The translations under genes and the position numbers were made by a program. The notes under the pieces were generated by a model. That model saw only the letters and a program-made list of their open reading frames with translations, had not been told where the DNA came from and made no database searches. DNA of 56,772 bases from a virus (Duplodnaviria > Caudoviricetes), in IMG/VR virus record IMGVR_UViG_3300036944_000989, positions 1-56,772 of that record; one strand, given 5' to 3'. Shown piece after piece: positions 24,101 to 34,100 of this stretch; the stretch's first letter is position 1; the number at the start of each line of letters is the position of its first letter.

Positions 24101-27100
24101 CATTTTTAAGTCAATATAGAGACGAACTTTTTAGAATTGTTAAAGATCCTGTATTTAGATTTGTTTCTGGTGAAACTGGAGAATACAATATTTACGGTGA
24201 CATTGGAGGTTTTAATATTGATGATGAACGTATTATTGGTATTATTGGTAATATCTTAGGTATGTTTGCAGATGGTGCAAAAGAACCAATTCCTGCTGCA
24301 TTAAATCTTAATGAAGTTAATACACCTGTTACGTTAGCAATGATTGCTGTTGGAATTAAAACTCCTCTTGCTATTGCTTTTAACTTTATACCTGAAATTA
24401 AAACAGCAATTGAAAATGTACAAAAATCTACTTATGCTGTAAATGATGGATTACAAAACTCTAGAAAATATTTAGTTAATGAACTAGGTAATATGATTAG
24501 AGATTTGCAACATGAAAGAAAGGTTGATAAAGACTACAAGATTATTAATGAACTTAAAGATGCAGGTTTGATATCTCAAAAAGGTAACATTAATAATATG
24601 GAAGGTTTAGGTGGTCCAAACCTTGTTATCGCATTTAATCAAAAAAAGTTAGATAAAGAATCTTTATTAGATAACACATTAACCTTAGACGAATTAGGTA
24701 TTAGAGTTTCTGCTATCAAAACGCTTGAAAGCATTGATGAAAATGAAGAGGTTGTAAAAGCTACTACAGAAGTTCAACTTTCTGAAAAAGCTCAAAAACT
24801 TATCTTACTTCATTTATATAAAGAGCAAGCAAAACAAAATGGTACTATCACTTCTGCTGGTAATATTGTTAACATGTTTAAAAGACTAAGACCTGATTTT
24901 GAATTCCTTGACAAAATGCTTAAAGATGTTAAAGAATTAAAAAATGGTAACTCTTTAGTGCCTGGTGAAATTGCAGATAAAATATTTTCAGATGATCAAG
25001 TGTTTAATGTAATTGATAGAATACTCCAACACATAGATAGAAAATCTCAAATCATGTTCATTGAAAGATCTGAACATTTTAAACATATAAGAAACACATT
25101 TGAAAACTTGTTTAAAAGTAAAGACTTGTTTGCAAAAACAATCACATCTTATATTGCTTTAAACAAATACAAGCAGGCATTTTCACAAAATGATCCTAGT
25201 TATTCTCAACTTACAGATGAGCAGAAAGCTAAGAAGGATGAAGAGACAGCTATGATATTAGAAATGTTTAATGCTGATTATTGGTTTGATAATGATTTAG
25301 AAAGTGAGTTGTCAGAGATGCAAGAAAAACATCCTGAAAATGCATTCTTAAATAGACTACGTACATTTACTACTTCAAATGAAGCAATCATAAAAGCTGA
25401 AAATGAAGAAGATAATAAATTTGTAAATGAAAAAATTATCACATTACTTGGTACAGCAAAACTTACAGGAAGACTGTTGGAAAATGTAGAAAATGATGCA
25501 CATAACTTATTTAAACAAGAACCTATGTTCTTTAAAAGGTTATTCATACATGAAATTATAAGAACAGGATTGATGCAAAAATCTGGTTCATACATGCCAT
25601 ATCTTAATCCTGACTTTAAATTAGGAATCTCAAAACACTTAAATGATTTTGAAGATATTTTAAAAACTATAAATAATCCATCTGAATTAATTTCTAAATT
25701 AAAAAGTTATTTTAACTATACATCTGATGAGGAGCTATATACATTCTTTGAAACAATGTTATATAACTTAGTATACCAATCATCTGATGAAATTGATAAT
25801 AACAGAATTAGAACCATTGCGTCTTCTAAGAGACCTATTAATGTAGATAGAGTAAATGGATTCAGTAAGATAGATACTAGTGATTTAAATGATCCTGATG
25901 CAGATCCTGTTGATGAATTAATAGATTACATATTACCTATACCAGGTGTTGCACAGTTTGATGGAGAAGAGCTTTATCTTACTGATGACATATTTGATTA
26001 TAAAACTGAGCAAAATAAAAAAGCAGAGGATGTAATTTTTAATTTTAATATTCCTAATAAGTCTTACGGAAACATTACACAAAACAACATGATTGACATT
26101 GCAAAATCTTTTGATATTGCATATGATAGTAATACTAAAATGTTTGTGTTTCCAAGTGCAATAATTATTGGAGAAAGTTATTATGTATTAAAAGGTACAG
26201 ATACTCATATAAACAGACCGTTAGGTTTTAACCTACTTAGTTCTGAAAAATATGAATCTGCAAAAGAAGAGTTTATTACAACTTACAATACAGGTACTTT
26301 AGCTTTGTATAAAAGATTACCTAACAAACCTATAGGTAGTAGTATTAGTGCATTAGCATTTAATAGTGATCAACTAAAACGTTATGCTGATTTAACTGCA
26401 AGTGAACCTACTCAATTCTTAAACATTCCAGGACCTAAAAAATCTAAAAAAGAAGTTAGGTATTCATTAGATGCAATCATTAATAAAACTTCTCAGAATA
26501 AAGATGCTTTACAGTATAACGTTATTTATCCAACTAATGATAAAGCTGAACTATTAGAAAAATTAAATGAGTTGCAAAAACTTCATAACGAAGGTGTTGC
26601 TTTATATACAATGCGTGTATCTAAAAAACAAGCAAAACACTTCAAAGGTTTAGATGAACAACATCATTATGGTAATCCTTTTACAGGTACAAATAAAAAA
26701 GATCAGATTCCTATGAATGGAATTACTGCAGCTGTTAATGCATATGAGCAGTGGTTAGATGGTCAAGATGAATTTATTGATAAGAACGGTGTTGCTCATG
26801 ATTTATCTCAAGAAGAAGATTCACAAGGTGTAGAGTACAGTGAAAGACGTGACTGGATTAATAGTAGAATAGAAAAGTTAAGTCAAAAACCTGAGATCAT
26901 TAAACTTGGATATTTCTTAAAAGGTTACAGAAGTCATGCTGATATACTTGATGAGCGTATGAATAAAGGAAAACGTGACACTACACAAAGTGCTGAAGTT
27001 GAGGAAGTTACAAAATCAGATTTATCATATGAGGATACTTCTAAAAAAGAACCAACTCAATTACAGTTAGAATTAGAATTAGATGATACACCTGCTGATT

Positions 27101-27198
27101 TTGATGATGATACAGGAATGATATTCAAAAGTAAGTATCTTCGTAAAAACAAAAACCAAGATAATTTACCTGAGATACCTGATACAACTGATTGTTAA
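15160..27198 (+). CDS. Virion-packaged DNA-dependent RNA polymerase (crAss-like, double-psi barrel) with zincin and DUF4326-like accessory domains
   Basis: 4012 aa; catalytic AGS-DLDID-TLY (23161-23175) preceded by TRIPTEDKRSM; HEAFH...EEVLAD zincin motif at 18151; C-terminal YGNPF...AYEQWL...LGYF...HADIL. Confidence 0.9.
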   Translation: MNCNSSVEHNKEIIKDLLKLDPVKYKNFDRVAEFILDAPIDNENKSVSLHVISNIFIALAEYNPSFESGKAAEVAGLSELLIDIPAHVQAATSILKPSKKIVNTYQKLIDDLDDVLNSDLSNEPKSFYANNVLKPIRDFFNNYKFVSPDEKKQKIQEVFTYLNKIKDVSPFSLYLEDSFEELSNELYNVNIFKSLQDIKDDNVDLDTYIVTLQSREVVEAVKDDQGFMTNKLTGLPIDEADIVAQKLALYQRESERNDDKISHTFYNNDLVSGLRIKPYSTTESFDDTVNAFADIVNPENEVKIYAVKIDDFADNRVAEIQRIEGLENRNHETFESEAQVEYLKENADNAVIAITREKKSEEVFTLVAEIVKADGSTYNFYIYGLNNFAVLRGDNTTSKLDFTSVDDLQTIQDLAVFRNENGKIKDLTEHHLLTLKKHAENFNVLKNQIVKKLNGNAKTNVLDVTKEFFKSYSFEKDFKIKKFEPLNEALKNNSNAFHDVQVKTYDEKGNVVSEESIKIPFLFVKPFSNAVDYKPVNFLKKNQKIVYNDEELDLIDYLEKLGLDGDFVSSLLDSKNQKYANSIFLIKNKEGKYTYRIGKYREHIDNEVLFSKFVADLNLYLTGDVQKNFESFYEKYTIRPIKNKNAESSLALDFTVSLSDQLQIKIGTFKNSKDFADLKKNDFYFKIPNKSIRELLKSFLPSSREYAYLQQQFSFLKDVQLYDEDNNVNFKNVPVVVDKIFNNALAGKDPIIKEMFDNIEKAKIQFNNLIKTNVIDVINNPKNNEEYGEFIKQVNEDFGSLDNLFFNHYDDQFKTPFVKFGELSVNEVNEDLTVSFNNYGLVNSTTKKLIITPKKAGNVAPTSSVVTVSKPVRNKINTKVDKTILETTVTERNNEPTLEAPETSVVIEEAEEPENFDDEAPFSVLEQGERQLATEQEILTEDKWLADTYATELGVEYSLDGIKDIIELTKLEGSVLGAVKNRVIYLDSNMRVKGVLYHEAFHGVFRFIMDGPQRRALLDSVINNKKYAALFTDAAITNFAEDRNYTYEKSKLIDLIAEEVLADGFQAYMNKKQAPKTMLQQFFEFLKRIIAFFKRHSNDIDLAYEKIRKGEMRAAVKEENLFNNEIAFDNITGLLKNTVDQRTGNVKQVATQLESLQNNELIDSVVEQLFKIDIANEDASFEDKFNEATISLLENTWNYDLLKAQISEDDTEKQALLKKLFYNKFSQYRFILGARMRGVVVYDLNDTTNPGLDKKIYKNKYRRNANEAVKDNTNGSESYEQLKKAVKEKYDHVKNILNYEEDLDDNEEKELNLLKESEKNLYENPQNEHEDEQDDAVSNPYEDKSLAEKGGIQSLPKELREMMSILKYEIVHPELGIKIPKYVDAYETFGVLLKISSNVDYDNILENIKVVSNMLLDDNLKKNYDAANDLLKVYEYIKEKSQIVTDENGTIKVSNSRFYNIFLDTVKKAAVDYIVIEPRFRTFTPSMDDDIVDDSSYVQKKKSSMVDFDVRDKILFTDVNATKNKIIKNITATYSKNKNTPEYINALKKINKYIGIIAHKDNKSLFSSAVDESVKIEKYSKELSDAFQEIGMDFSKSLIRLSLLAIDIQANKNLPMLNTNGDFYKHYLNNEHFILENKYLELDFFKDLQLLINKLYAKEITSSELSAELDDNNGEFSRLSLIIRNAASYLTTYDPTELPSVYRNAEGKPVYRYLPYTPVLHIAEDVRKFGVVKSLQNDEFFENSKDFYSANPFFKPLMNNEDTEEARRLRLFYKNFTVSLYGGVNQSVDDGKKDGNVFKNIDDASQYVLYMLGFLKRNTHSARVNGQITNIVTFTRMFTTIEATNTNYLMPALYDSYVNKDGTFVTNENGVEKHVDMLLQKVRQEFERIKSETTAVTKLKKAFDADKRTGERKLVNKYNAVLNDDNSANVTDDELRAFKFNYFTQMFNNNPELKNALISHAKSKKNFDSLPEQTLQSLIQALREYSDKKLQDHFKNLVRKDIITPSIVKNQNEEGKVITTTKYTSKLLPKIVKESNNKKLKIAKEYGKSSITDYKNVVTDAFYNYWVNSLFVNEVFDGDIALGVKNAVDYNKRQKRNAASNSNLKKGTHKVAYIDTLSGYIHPEYLGFGPYASLEEVEDDPRLKIKKNQTIREHLIRDYGKKVIFNGVETDTMHKLFDGQSVSVLMHHMDMYETIGRLNPKIKDLIIKKHYSPLSAAELTYLKKNKVVLNSKKTVTASRSIYHKLSEMYIDRNDVSMFAIPLNDSPENAQYANLNKKTAYKFLHEQYSKIYNLRIENQARIKQNDFSLNDATEAEIKTIFKEIHKFYQPLPHRVKLHEMLNSMEYHNIDQLMDTESSKLATLLPTNVNNKDANGYIKLQRSSIDAPNRFKFWQVETSGIKTIIKYSVQSKVLIPANLPDVTEIIKKKGVSLTAAQQDAIKDEMNNLLFDYHSTLKDVAISHESLMQLFLKDEGDARLNIGFMFDLIRKNLAEQNVSSNKLRLFETDPQTGLPIHNANLSEIRDMLKYYFFSQYSKFTDEKGTGEKFIHMTAYGHEILVDSKGNTIFTEDYKKNPSAYGKVKSRPLGISIEKRNGKTVYFVECIVPKPLYNNPEKLEKYKEKILKMFATRIPTEDKRSMVILKVVDYIDSANMTGIIVPQLVHILAGSDLDIDTLYTQQYSFYRNFNGKEFLYGDYSGYNNEKEGKFIEYLNYVAKDKDFTTIIKRNLENIKTGSKIIDSPLVRKVLELSGVKTEDLNQAFETFKNNNLDTIDIDEVIAELEMLKKTAKTISNDDAYVYKNDVVPSVLATLLAEKGLVDKIENSIQTDAVLGRTVDKARLDELAKISKDYFKKVNQLKFIAAYMKVQSILQTLQEQRLPTSITNFQKNPIAELIVKNKYQNANLDAKINILSNEYVFNNLYINERSSTQAFLKILKDFGIDLDAENAEIDQFTIDGVVSSRLKNVLSKAGIGTTANINKTLAFLSQYRDELFRIVKDPVFRFVSGETGEYNIYGDIGGFNIDDERIIGIIGNILGMFADGAKEPIPAALNLNEVNTPVTLAMIAVGIKTPLAIAFNFIPEIKTAIENVQKSTYAVNDGLQNSRKYLVNELGNMIRDLQHERKVDKDYKIINELKDAGLISQKGNINNMEGLGGPNLVIAFNQKKLDKESLLDNTLTLDELGIRVSAIKTLESIDENEEVVKATTEVQLSEKAQKLILLHLYKEQAKQNGTITSAGNIVNMFKRLRPDFEFLDKMLKDVKELKNGNSLVPGEIADKIFSDDQVFNVIDRILQHIDRKSQIMFIERSEHFKHIRNTFENLFKSKDLFAKTITSYIALNKYKQAFSQNDPSYSQLTDEQKAKKDEETAMILEMFNADYWFDNDLESELSEMQEKHPENAFLNRLRTFTTSNEAIIKAENEEDNKFVNEKIITLLGTAKLTGRLLENVENDAHNLFKQEPMFFKRLFIHEIIRTGLMQKSGSYMPYLNPDFKLGISKHLNDFEDILKTINNPSELISKLKSYFNYTSDEELYTFFETMLYNLVYQSSDEIDNNRIRTIASSKRPINVDRVNGFSKIDTSDLNDPDADPVDELIDYILPIPGVAQFDGEELYLTDDIFDYKTEQNKKAEDVIFNFNIPNKSYGNITQNNMIDIAKSFDIAYDSNTKMFVFPSAIIIGESYYVLKGTDTHINRPLGFNLLSSEKYESAKEEFITTYNTGTLALYKRLPNKPIGSSISALAFNSDQLKRYADLTASEPTQFLNIPGPKKSKKEVRYSLDAIINKTSQNKDALQYNVIYPTNDKAELLEKLNELQKLHNEGVALYTMRVSKKQAKHFKGLDEQHHYGNPFTGTNKKDQIPMNGITAAVNAYEQWLDGQDEFIDKNGVAHDLSQEEDSQGVEYSERRDWINSRIEKLSQKPEIIKLGYFLKGYRSHADILDERMNKGKRDTTQSAEVEEVTKSDLSYEDTSKKEPTQLQLELELDDTPADFDDDTGMIFKSKYLRKNKNQDNLPEIPDTTDC

Positions 27199-27215
27199 TC
27201 AATAAATAAAAAATT

Positions 27216-28196
27216 ATGCCTTGCAAAATAAAAATTAAACAGCACGTAGAAAACTTGGTTGAACAAAAATCTCAACCAGGTTTATCTATGTCTTTACAAG
27301 ACGCTCAAATATTATCTGCAAATATTAATTCTCAGTTTATGCATCATGTAGTATCATTTAAAAATGAGAATGATGTTGTTAAAAGAGTTATTGATATTCC
27401 ATCTAAACTTGTAGATATGTATTATGATCTGCAGGTAAAAAAAGAAGTTATTAAAACTCCAACCGTTGAAATAAAACCTGGGATACAAGAATTATTTGAT
27501 TCTAATCCTGAGTTAGCTAATATAGGTACAGCAGAACAATACTCTGCATACCTTGATTCTATATTTCCAGATAGTAAGGTAAAAGATATTGTTTATAGAG
27601 GAGCAGAAAAAGGAATAGAAACTCATAAAGCATACTCTCATTGGACTTTAAGAAAAGCTCTTGCAGAAAATTTTGCTAAACAAGGAGTTAATCTTAATAA
27701 AAAAGATGAATCAAAAAATACTGTTTATTTTGCTTTACTTAATATAAAAAATTTAATAAGAAGTATTGATATAACAGATGAAGAACATAAAGAAAGTGGT
27801 TTTGATGCAGCGGCTTCATTTCCTAATCAACAAAAACCAGATGGTACTTATTATGATAATGAAGAAGCAAATGAATCTATACAATTAATAGACAAAAGTT
27901 TAAACAATGAAATAACTGTATTTGAATCAGAACAAATTCATATATTAGGAACTAAAGAAGATATAGAAGGGTTTAAAAAATTCAACAATAATAAACAAGA
28001 TGTTAGTGGTTTAAATTCTGACATAAACAGTTTGAATTTAACTCCAGAAGTCGTAAATTACTTATACAGAAGCAGTCGTAGTAAATCTAAAAACGTAAGT
28101 TTAGAATCTTATACTAAAGAAGTTAAGAAATTAATTGATAACTTGCGGACTAGTTACACAAATGAAGAAATTTTAGAAAAAATTAAATGCTTGTAA
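27216..28196 (+). CDS. Small cargo protein with an ART-PolyVal-like ADP-ribosyltransferase-fold domain
   Basis: Contains LFDSNPELANIGT.EQYS.YL.SIFPDSKVKDIVYRG ... VYFALLNIKN ... GFD ... EITVF..EQIHILG. Cys occurs only at positions 3 and 325. Confidence 0.55.
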   Translation: MPCKIKIKQHVENLVEQKSQPGLSMSLQDAQILSANINSQFMHHVVSFKNENDVVKRVIDIPSKLVDMYYDLQVKKEVIKTPTVEIKPGIQELFDSNPELANIGTAEQYSAYLDSIFPDSKVKDIVYRGAEKGIETHKAYSHWTLRKALAENFAKQGVNLNKKDESKNTVYFALLNIKNLIRSIDITDEEHKESGFDAAASFPNQQKPDGTYYDNEEANESIQLIDKSLNNEITVFESEQIHILGTKEDIEGFKKFNNNKQDVSGLNSDINSLNLTPEVVNYLYRSSRSKSKNVSLESYTKEVKKLIDNLRTSYTNEEILEKIKCL

Positions 28197-28197
28197 T

Positions 28198-31100
28198 ATG
28201 AGTAAATCATGTCCAGTAGGAAAAGAATGGGATGAATTTGTTGATGGTCTTAAAAGTTCAAATAATAAATTATCTTTTTCAGATGCATTAGTTGCCTATA
28301 GTATTTTTAATACTAAAAATAATACTGAGGATCTAATTCCTACAGTTGAAGAGGCACGTAATATATTAAATAATATTACAGCTCTTGAAAAAGATGAAGA
28401 GTTTGTTAGATTAAATGCAGCTTCTAAGATTCAAAAATACTCTGAACAGCTTTTACAATTAGGAGATATCTACGAAAATTTTGCTAACAATAAACAAAAG
28501 GCGGCATTAGAAAAGATCATCACTATGACAGAAAATCATATTGATGCACTTAATAGTCCTATTACACCTAAAACAATCAGTGTTTCTAATTTTATAGGGA
28601 CCTCTACATTTAAAGGAGATCCAAATGAGTATGCAGCATTTAGAATATTTGGAACATTTATTCACGATTTATTAGAAGATGTACAACGTACATCTTTGAT
28701 AAAAGGAAATGTCTCATTTAAAAAAGTATTTACCCGTGATTATTTTAATGAGAAATTAAATCAATTTCAAGAAAAAGAACCTTTTGAAATTAAGTCATTA
28801 GATAATGACAAGTTATTTTTAATAGCACAAGATCTAGTAGAGCAAATTAATGCATTAAAAAAACGGGGTTATTTAATATTACCAGAAATATCTGTTATTG
28901 GTTCTGATGAAAATGGAGCACTTATAGTAGGACGTATTGATATGTTATTACTTGATACTCAAGGTAATGTAAAAATTTACGATTTTAAAACTAAAAAGGT
29001 TCAAGGTTTATTAGATGAAGGTGACGATTGGCAAGTTGATAATGCATCTATAGCACTTGCAGGGTTATCAAAAAAAGTATCTATATATAGTACTAAAGAT
29101 CAACCTGAAGGTACTCAAACAAAATTTATTACTGGTGAGTTTGGTTCACGAAGTGCATATGACACGTGGGCAATGCAGATTAATGTATATAAAAACATAC
29201 TAGGACAAATTGGATTAGATGTTAATGGTCATACTATTTTGTCTTTATTATATGAAACAGATGAAGATAAAAACTTTTTAGGCAGTACTGTACATGAGTT
29301 TGAATTAGAGAATTACTACTTGTATGCAGATCATGATGTGTTGTTAGATGCTAATGGTGTAAGTTACATTGCTAAAAGACAGTTAGATACAAGAATTGAT
29401 AAAATCGTAGCTCTTGTAGATAAGCATGTACCAACTTCAAAAAACAAAAAAGAAATAGAAATAAAAACAACGCGTTTATTAAATGAAGTTCTTCAACCTT
29501 CAGAAGAAGACTACATTATAATGCGTGAAAACATTAAACGTTTATTAGATAAAGAACTAATAGAGGTAAACAATAAAATTAAAAATGCAAAAACCATTGC
29601 AATTAAAAAACTATTAATTGAAAGACGTGATTCATTAATGAATTACAAGACCTTGTTGGAAAAAATGAGCAATGAGGATTTTGATAAATCAATTAACACT
29701 GCAACAACTCTAGATTATTTAAATTCTGAATTAACATTCTTAAATGAAAAAGCAGAAGAACTTATAGAAAAGTTTAATAATAATCAAGAAGCATTTAATA
29801 AAAATGATTTAAAGAGAATGGATTTAATTTATAAATCCTCTGAAGGTTTAAGTGATATTATTAAAGTAATGCAGCGGGTTATTAATGAAGCAAAAGATAA
29901 CGAAGAGAATGGAATCACTGAATTAAGTCCTGCTGTAAACATGTTGGGAGATATAATATTATACAAAGAAAATATTAGTAATATTAAATCTAGAATATAC
30001 AGACAGCAAGCTGTTGCAAAAATTCTAAAGACACCAGGTAAAAAAGTGTTTGATAGAATTAGTGAGCAAATGGCGGAACTTGTAACAAAAGAGATTGAAG
30101 TATTAGAAAAAGAAATCGAAGACTTAAACTCTAACAAAGGTTTGACTATTTTACAAACCATGAAAAGTAAAGTTCTTCAAAAAATAAGTAGTTCATATAA
30201 ACAAAAGTTAGATGAAAAACTAGCACCTACATCTCCTAAACTTGCACTTATAGAAGAGAAAGAAAGGATGATAAAAGTTTTTAAATCTCTTATGGCAGGG
30301 ACGTTTGATTATACAGACACTGCAGTACTTGCATATTTAGATAATATAACTAATCCTGATAGTACTTTTTATATAGGATCAGATAGAGTATTACCTTATT
30401 CTACTCTTATATCTGGATCTCTTACTAACAACTGGGTTGCATCTGTAGCAAATAAAGACTTAGCATTGTCAGGAGCTACACAGTTTCTCAAGAATGCAGC
30501 AGCAGGTGCTGTAAGAAATGCACAAAATGATTTTGCGTCTTCTAACTTTGATGCACTTCGTGAAAAATTATATCGTTCTGGTAGATCATTTGAGCAAATA
30601 AATAAAGCAATAACAGAAAGAGTTGTTATTAAATATCGTGATCCTAATACTAAAGAGTTGATGGAGCGAGAAGTATTATCAATTGTTGCACCATATACAC
30701 AAGAGTATAAAGATACTTGGAACTCATATAAAGCATTCTTAAAAGAAGCTGATTTTAGAATTAGACAATTAAAATCAGAAAGAAATAACATATTCTTAAA
30801 AAGAGATGATGCATCTAAAAAACGTGTTGAAGAATTAACAACAGAAATACTAGATGCACAAAATGATAGAGCAAGTAAAATAAAAGCACACAATCAATGG
30901 ATGATAGAGAACTCTTCTTTGCCATACATTGATGAGTTTTATACTTTACAAAAAGAATTACCTGTAGAAATTGCAGAAAAGCTTCAAGACTTATATTTAG
31001 AGCTTGAGACATATAGATTTATGCAGGATAAAAAAACTCGTACATATGATGATGAGGCAATTGAAGGTGATGATGAAACTACAGATTTTGATTTTTCAAG

Positions 31101-34100
31101 AATAGGTGAAATCGAGGATGACATCAGAGGACTCAGAGAACAAGCAAAAGAATTAGATCCTAAATACGCAGAATACATTAGTAGACTGGATGAGTTTTAT
31201 GAATATGACATACGATATGATTACTACCAACGTCAAAAAAGTATAGCATTATCTAAGTTTCAGAATAATCCAGAAGAATTACAAAGATGGATGGAGGAAA
31301 ATGAGATTACCATTGCAAAAAAAGAATGGTATGAAGAGCTTAGTGGTTTATACGAAGAACTTTCTATTTACTATGGATCAGATCCTGTATATAAAGATAT
31401 GCTTGATGAGCGTAATAAAATATTAAGAAAGCATAAGTATGTTGACGGAGTATTAAGACCTCAGTATATGTCTGATGAAGACGTTAGAAAGTATGATCAG
31501 ATTGAAAAAGAAATTGAAGAGTATAAAAACAGCAGAAAAAAAACAAAATTAGATGAAGATTCTGTTGACGCTATAAATGATATATTCTTTAAGATAGAGC
31601 GTTTAAAACAAAAAGATAAAAACAAATATTATACCCAGGAATTGGATATGAGATTTGAAAAACTTAGTAACAGACTTGCACTTGTAAACGAATACGATGC
31701 ACAATATGCGTCATTGATTGCAAAAGGTGTAACTGGTGAAGAGTTGGACAATGTAAAAAAATTACTTACTGCATATGAAGTGCAGTTTGATAAGGAAGAA
31801 AGTGAATACAAAAAATGGTATAACAAAAACCATAAGAATAAATACAAGTCTATAACAAAAGGATACGGTAAATCAAATGCTGATCCTAAAGAATTTAACT
31901 ACGTGACTGGTCCTGCAGAAGCTGTTAAAGAACAATATACAGAAACTGTTCCTCATCCTAAGTATACTAAACGTAGAATGAAACAGGACGCTTATTATGT
32001 AGACGGTATCAAACTTATAGATGAACAAAAAGAAGAATTGTTATCTGATAAAAATACAATGACTCGTTTAACAAATGAGGGTAGATTGAATTTTGAAAAA
32101 GGTGTTTACAATCCTAACTATTTAGAAACACCTGATGGTATACCTATGCCTAAGAACATTATCAAAGTTGATGATAACGTGTATGCTCCTAAACCAGGCG
32201 CAGGATTTCAGAATATAAATCCACGTTATATGGAGTTATATAAAGACAAAGACTTGTTTGAGTTTTATGCAGCGATAACTTCTATGTTTTTTGAATTGCA
32301 AAAACAAACAGATGGTAGAACATTAGGATACGTAGTACCTGGTTCAGTTTCTGGTTTTGTGCAGTCGTTACATTCAGAAGGTTTAATATCTGCCATAAAG
32401 AAACAAAAAGAAATCTTTGTAGATAAAAATGTAAGAGCGTATGGTAGTGCTCAAGATATTGATGAGAACTTATTTGGTGATTTAAAAAACAGTATTAGAC
32501 TAAGAGGTAATAATCAATTTGAATCTCTTATACAATCTGATGACGCTATTAGTTCTGTAATGCAGTGGGTTGCAGAAGCACACTATAATATTGCAATGCA
32601 AGAAGCAGCTCCTGTTGTTGATGCTTTTATAGATGAGTTAAAATCTAAAGCAGCTGAGTTATCAGAGAAAGTAAAAAGAAGTGATAAAGGAGTTGTAAGA
32701 GATATAGACGGTAGTCTTATCAAAGCTGTAGATTTTGAAAAACGATTATCAGAATTAGATGGTATTATTAAACTTGCTGAATACGAAAGAAACAAGTTTG
32801 TATCTGGTCAATATGAAGACCCATCCGCAGCATCACGTGCTATAACAAAAAAACTAAAAGCATTTTTTACATATACTAGTTTCATTAGAATTGGTTTTGA
32901 CGTAACTAACCAAACTAAAAACTTAGTTGCAGGTAGTATACAATCGTATATTGCAGCATGTGATTTTCAAACAGGTCACTATGGTAAGAAAGATTACCAC
33001 TGGGCAAATGGAAAGATGTGGGGATTTAGTGGAACAGTTGGACAATATCTAAAAGACTTAGGTAATATCAGTGATGTAAGCGACAGCACTATGATCTATA
33101 GATTATTTAATCCTGTACAAAAAGAATTTGATAAGTATCTAAGAGATACGTCAGGTAAAAAATCTAGAAAAGTACTAGGTAAGTTGGCAAACATAAACGA
33201 GTTAGCTTATTTTTTACAAGATAAAGGTGATACTATTATTGGTATGACTGTAATGTGGTCAGTATTAAACAGTTACAAATACAGACAGATTGAAAAGTTT
33301 ACAGATGATGGTCAACCTGTATATGTAAAAGACAACAACGGTGATGATGTTTATGTATCAGCACATGAAGCTTATATGAAAAACCCTGATACTAACGAAT
33401 TGGTAATCAGAGATGACGTAGAATATACTGTTGATGATGAAAATATGTTACGTAATATTATTTACTCTGAGATGCGTAGAGCACAGGGTAACTATGCTAA
33501 ATCTGATCAGGTAAAAGCTGAAGCATCTGCACTAGGTAAAATGGTATTGTTCTTTAGAAAATACCTTGTACCATTGTTTATGAATAGATTTGGTTACATG
33601 AAAACTAACTGGGAAGCTGGTGAAATTGGAATTGGTTATTATAGAGCAACACTGTTGGCGTATAGACAATTTGGTGGATTACAAGTTGCAAAACATCTTC
33701 TTGTAGGTGGTAAAACATTGAATAGATTTAATGCAAACACTATGGGTAAATTTCTTACTGCAAAAGTAAACCATACGCGTAGAGATTTTATGGCAATGGT
33801 AATACTTTCAATGCTATCAATGTCAGCATTAGCATGGTATAAAAAACGAAAAGAAGATGAACCTGATGAAGATGAGTTATCACTTGCTACAAGATATAAA
33901 AACGTAGCATTAGATAATATGCTTAGATTATTATGGCAGGTTAAAGGTGAGACTAACTCTATGAGTCCATTTGCAACTGAAAGTCAGACAGAATATATTA
34001 AAAACTTTACAACAGGTATCCCTTTCCAACGTGAACTTTTAGCAGGACAAAAACTTGTATCACATGTTAAAGGTACAATTGCTGTACAACTTGCTAATGG

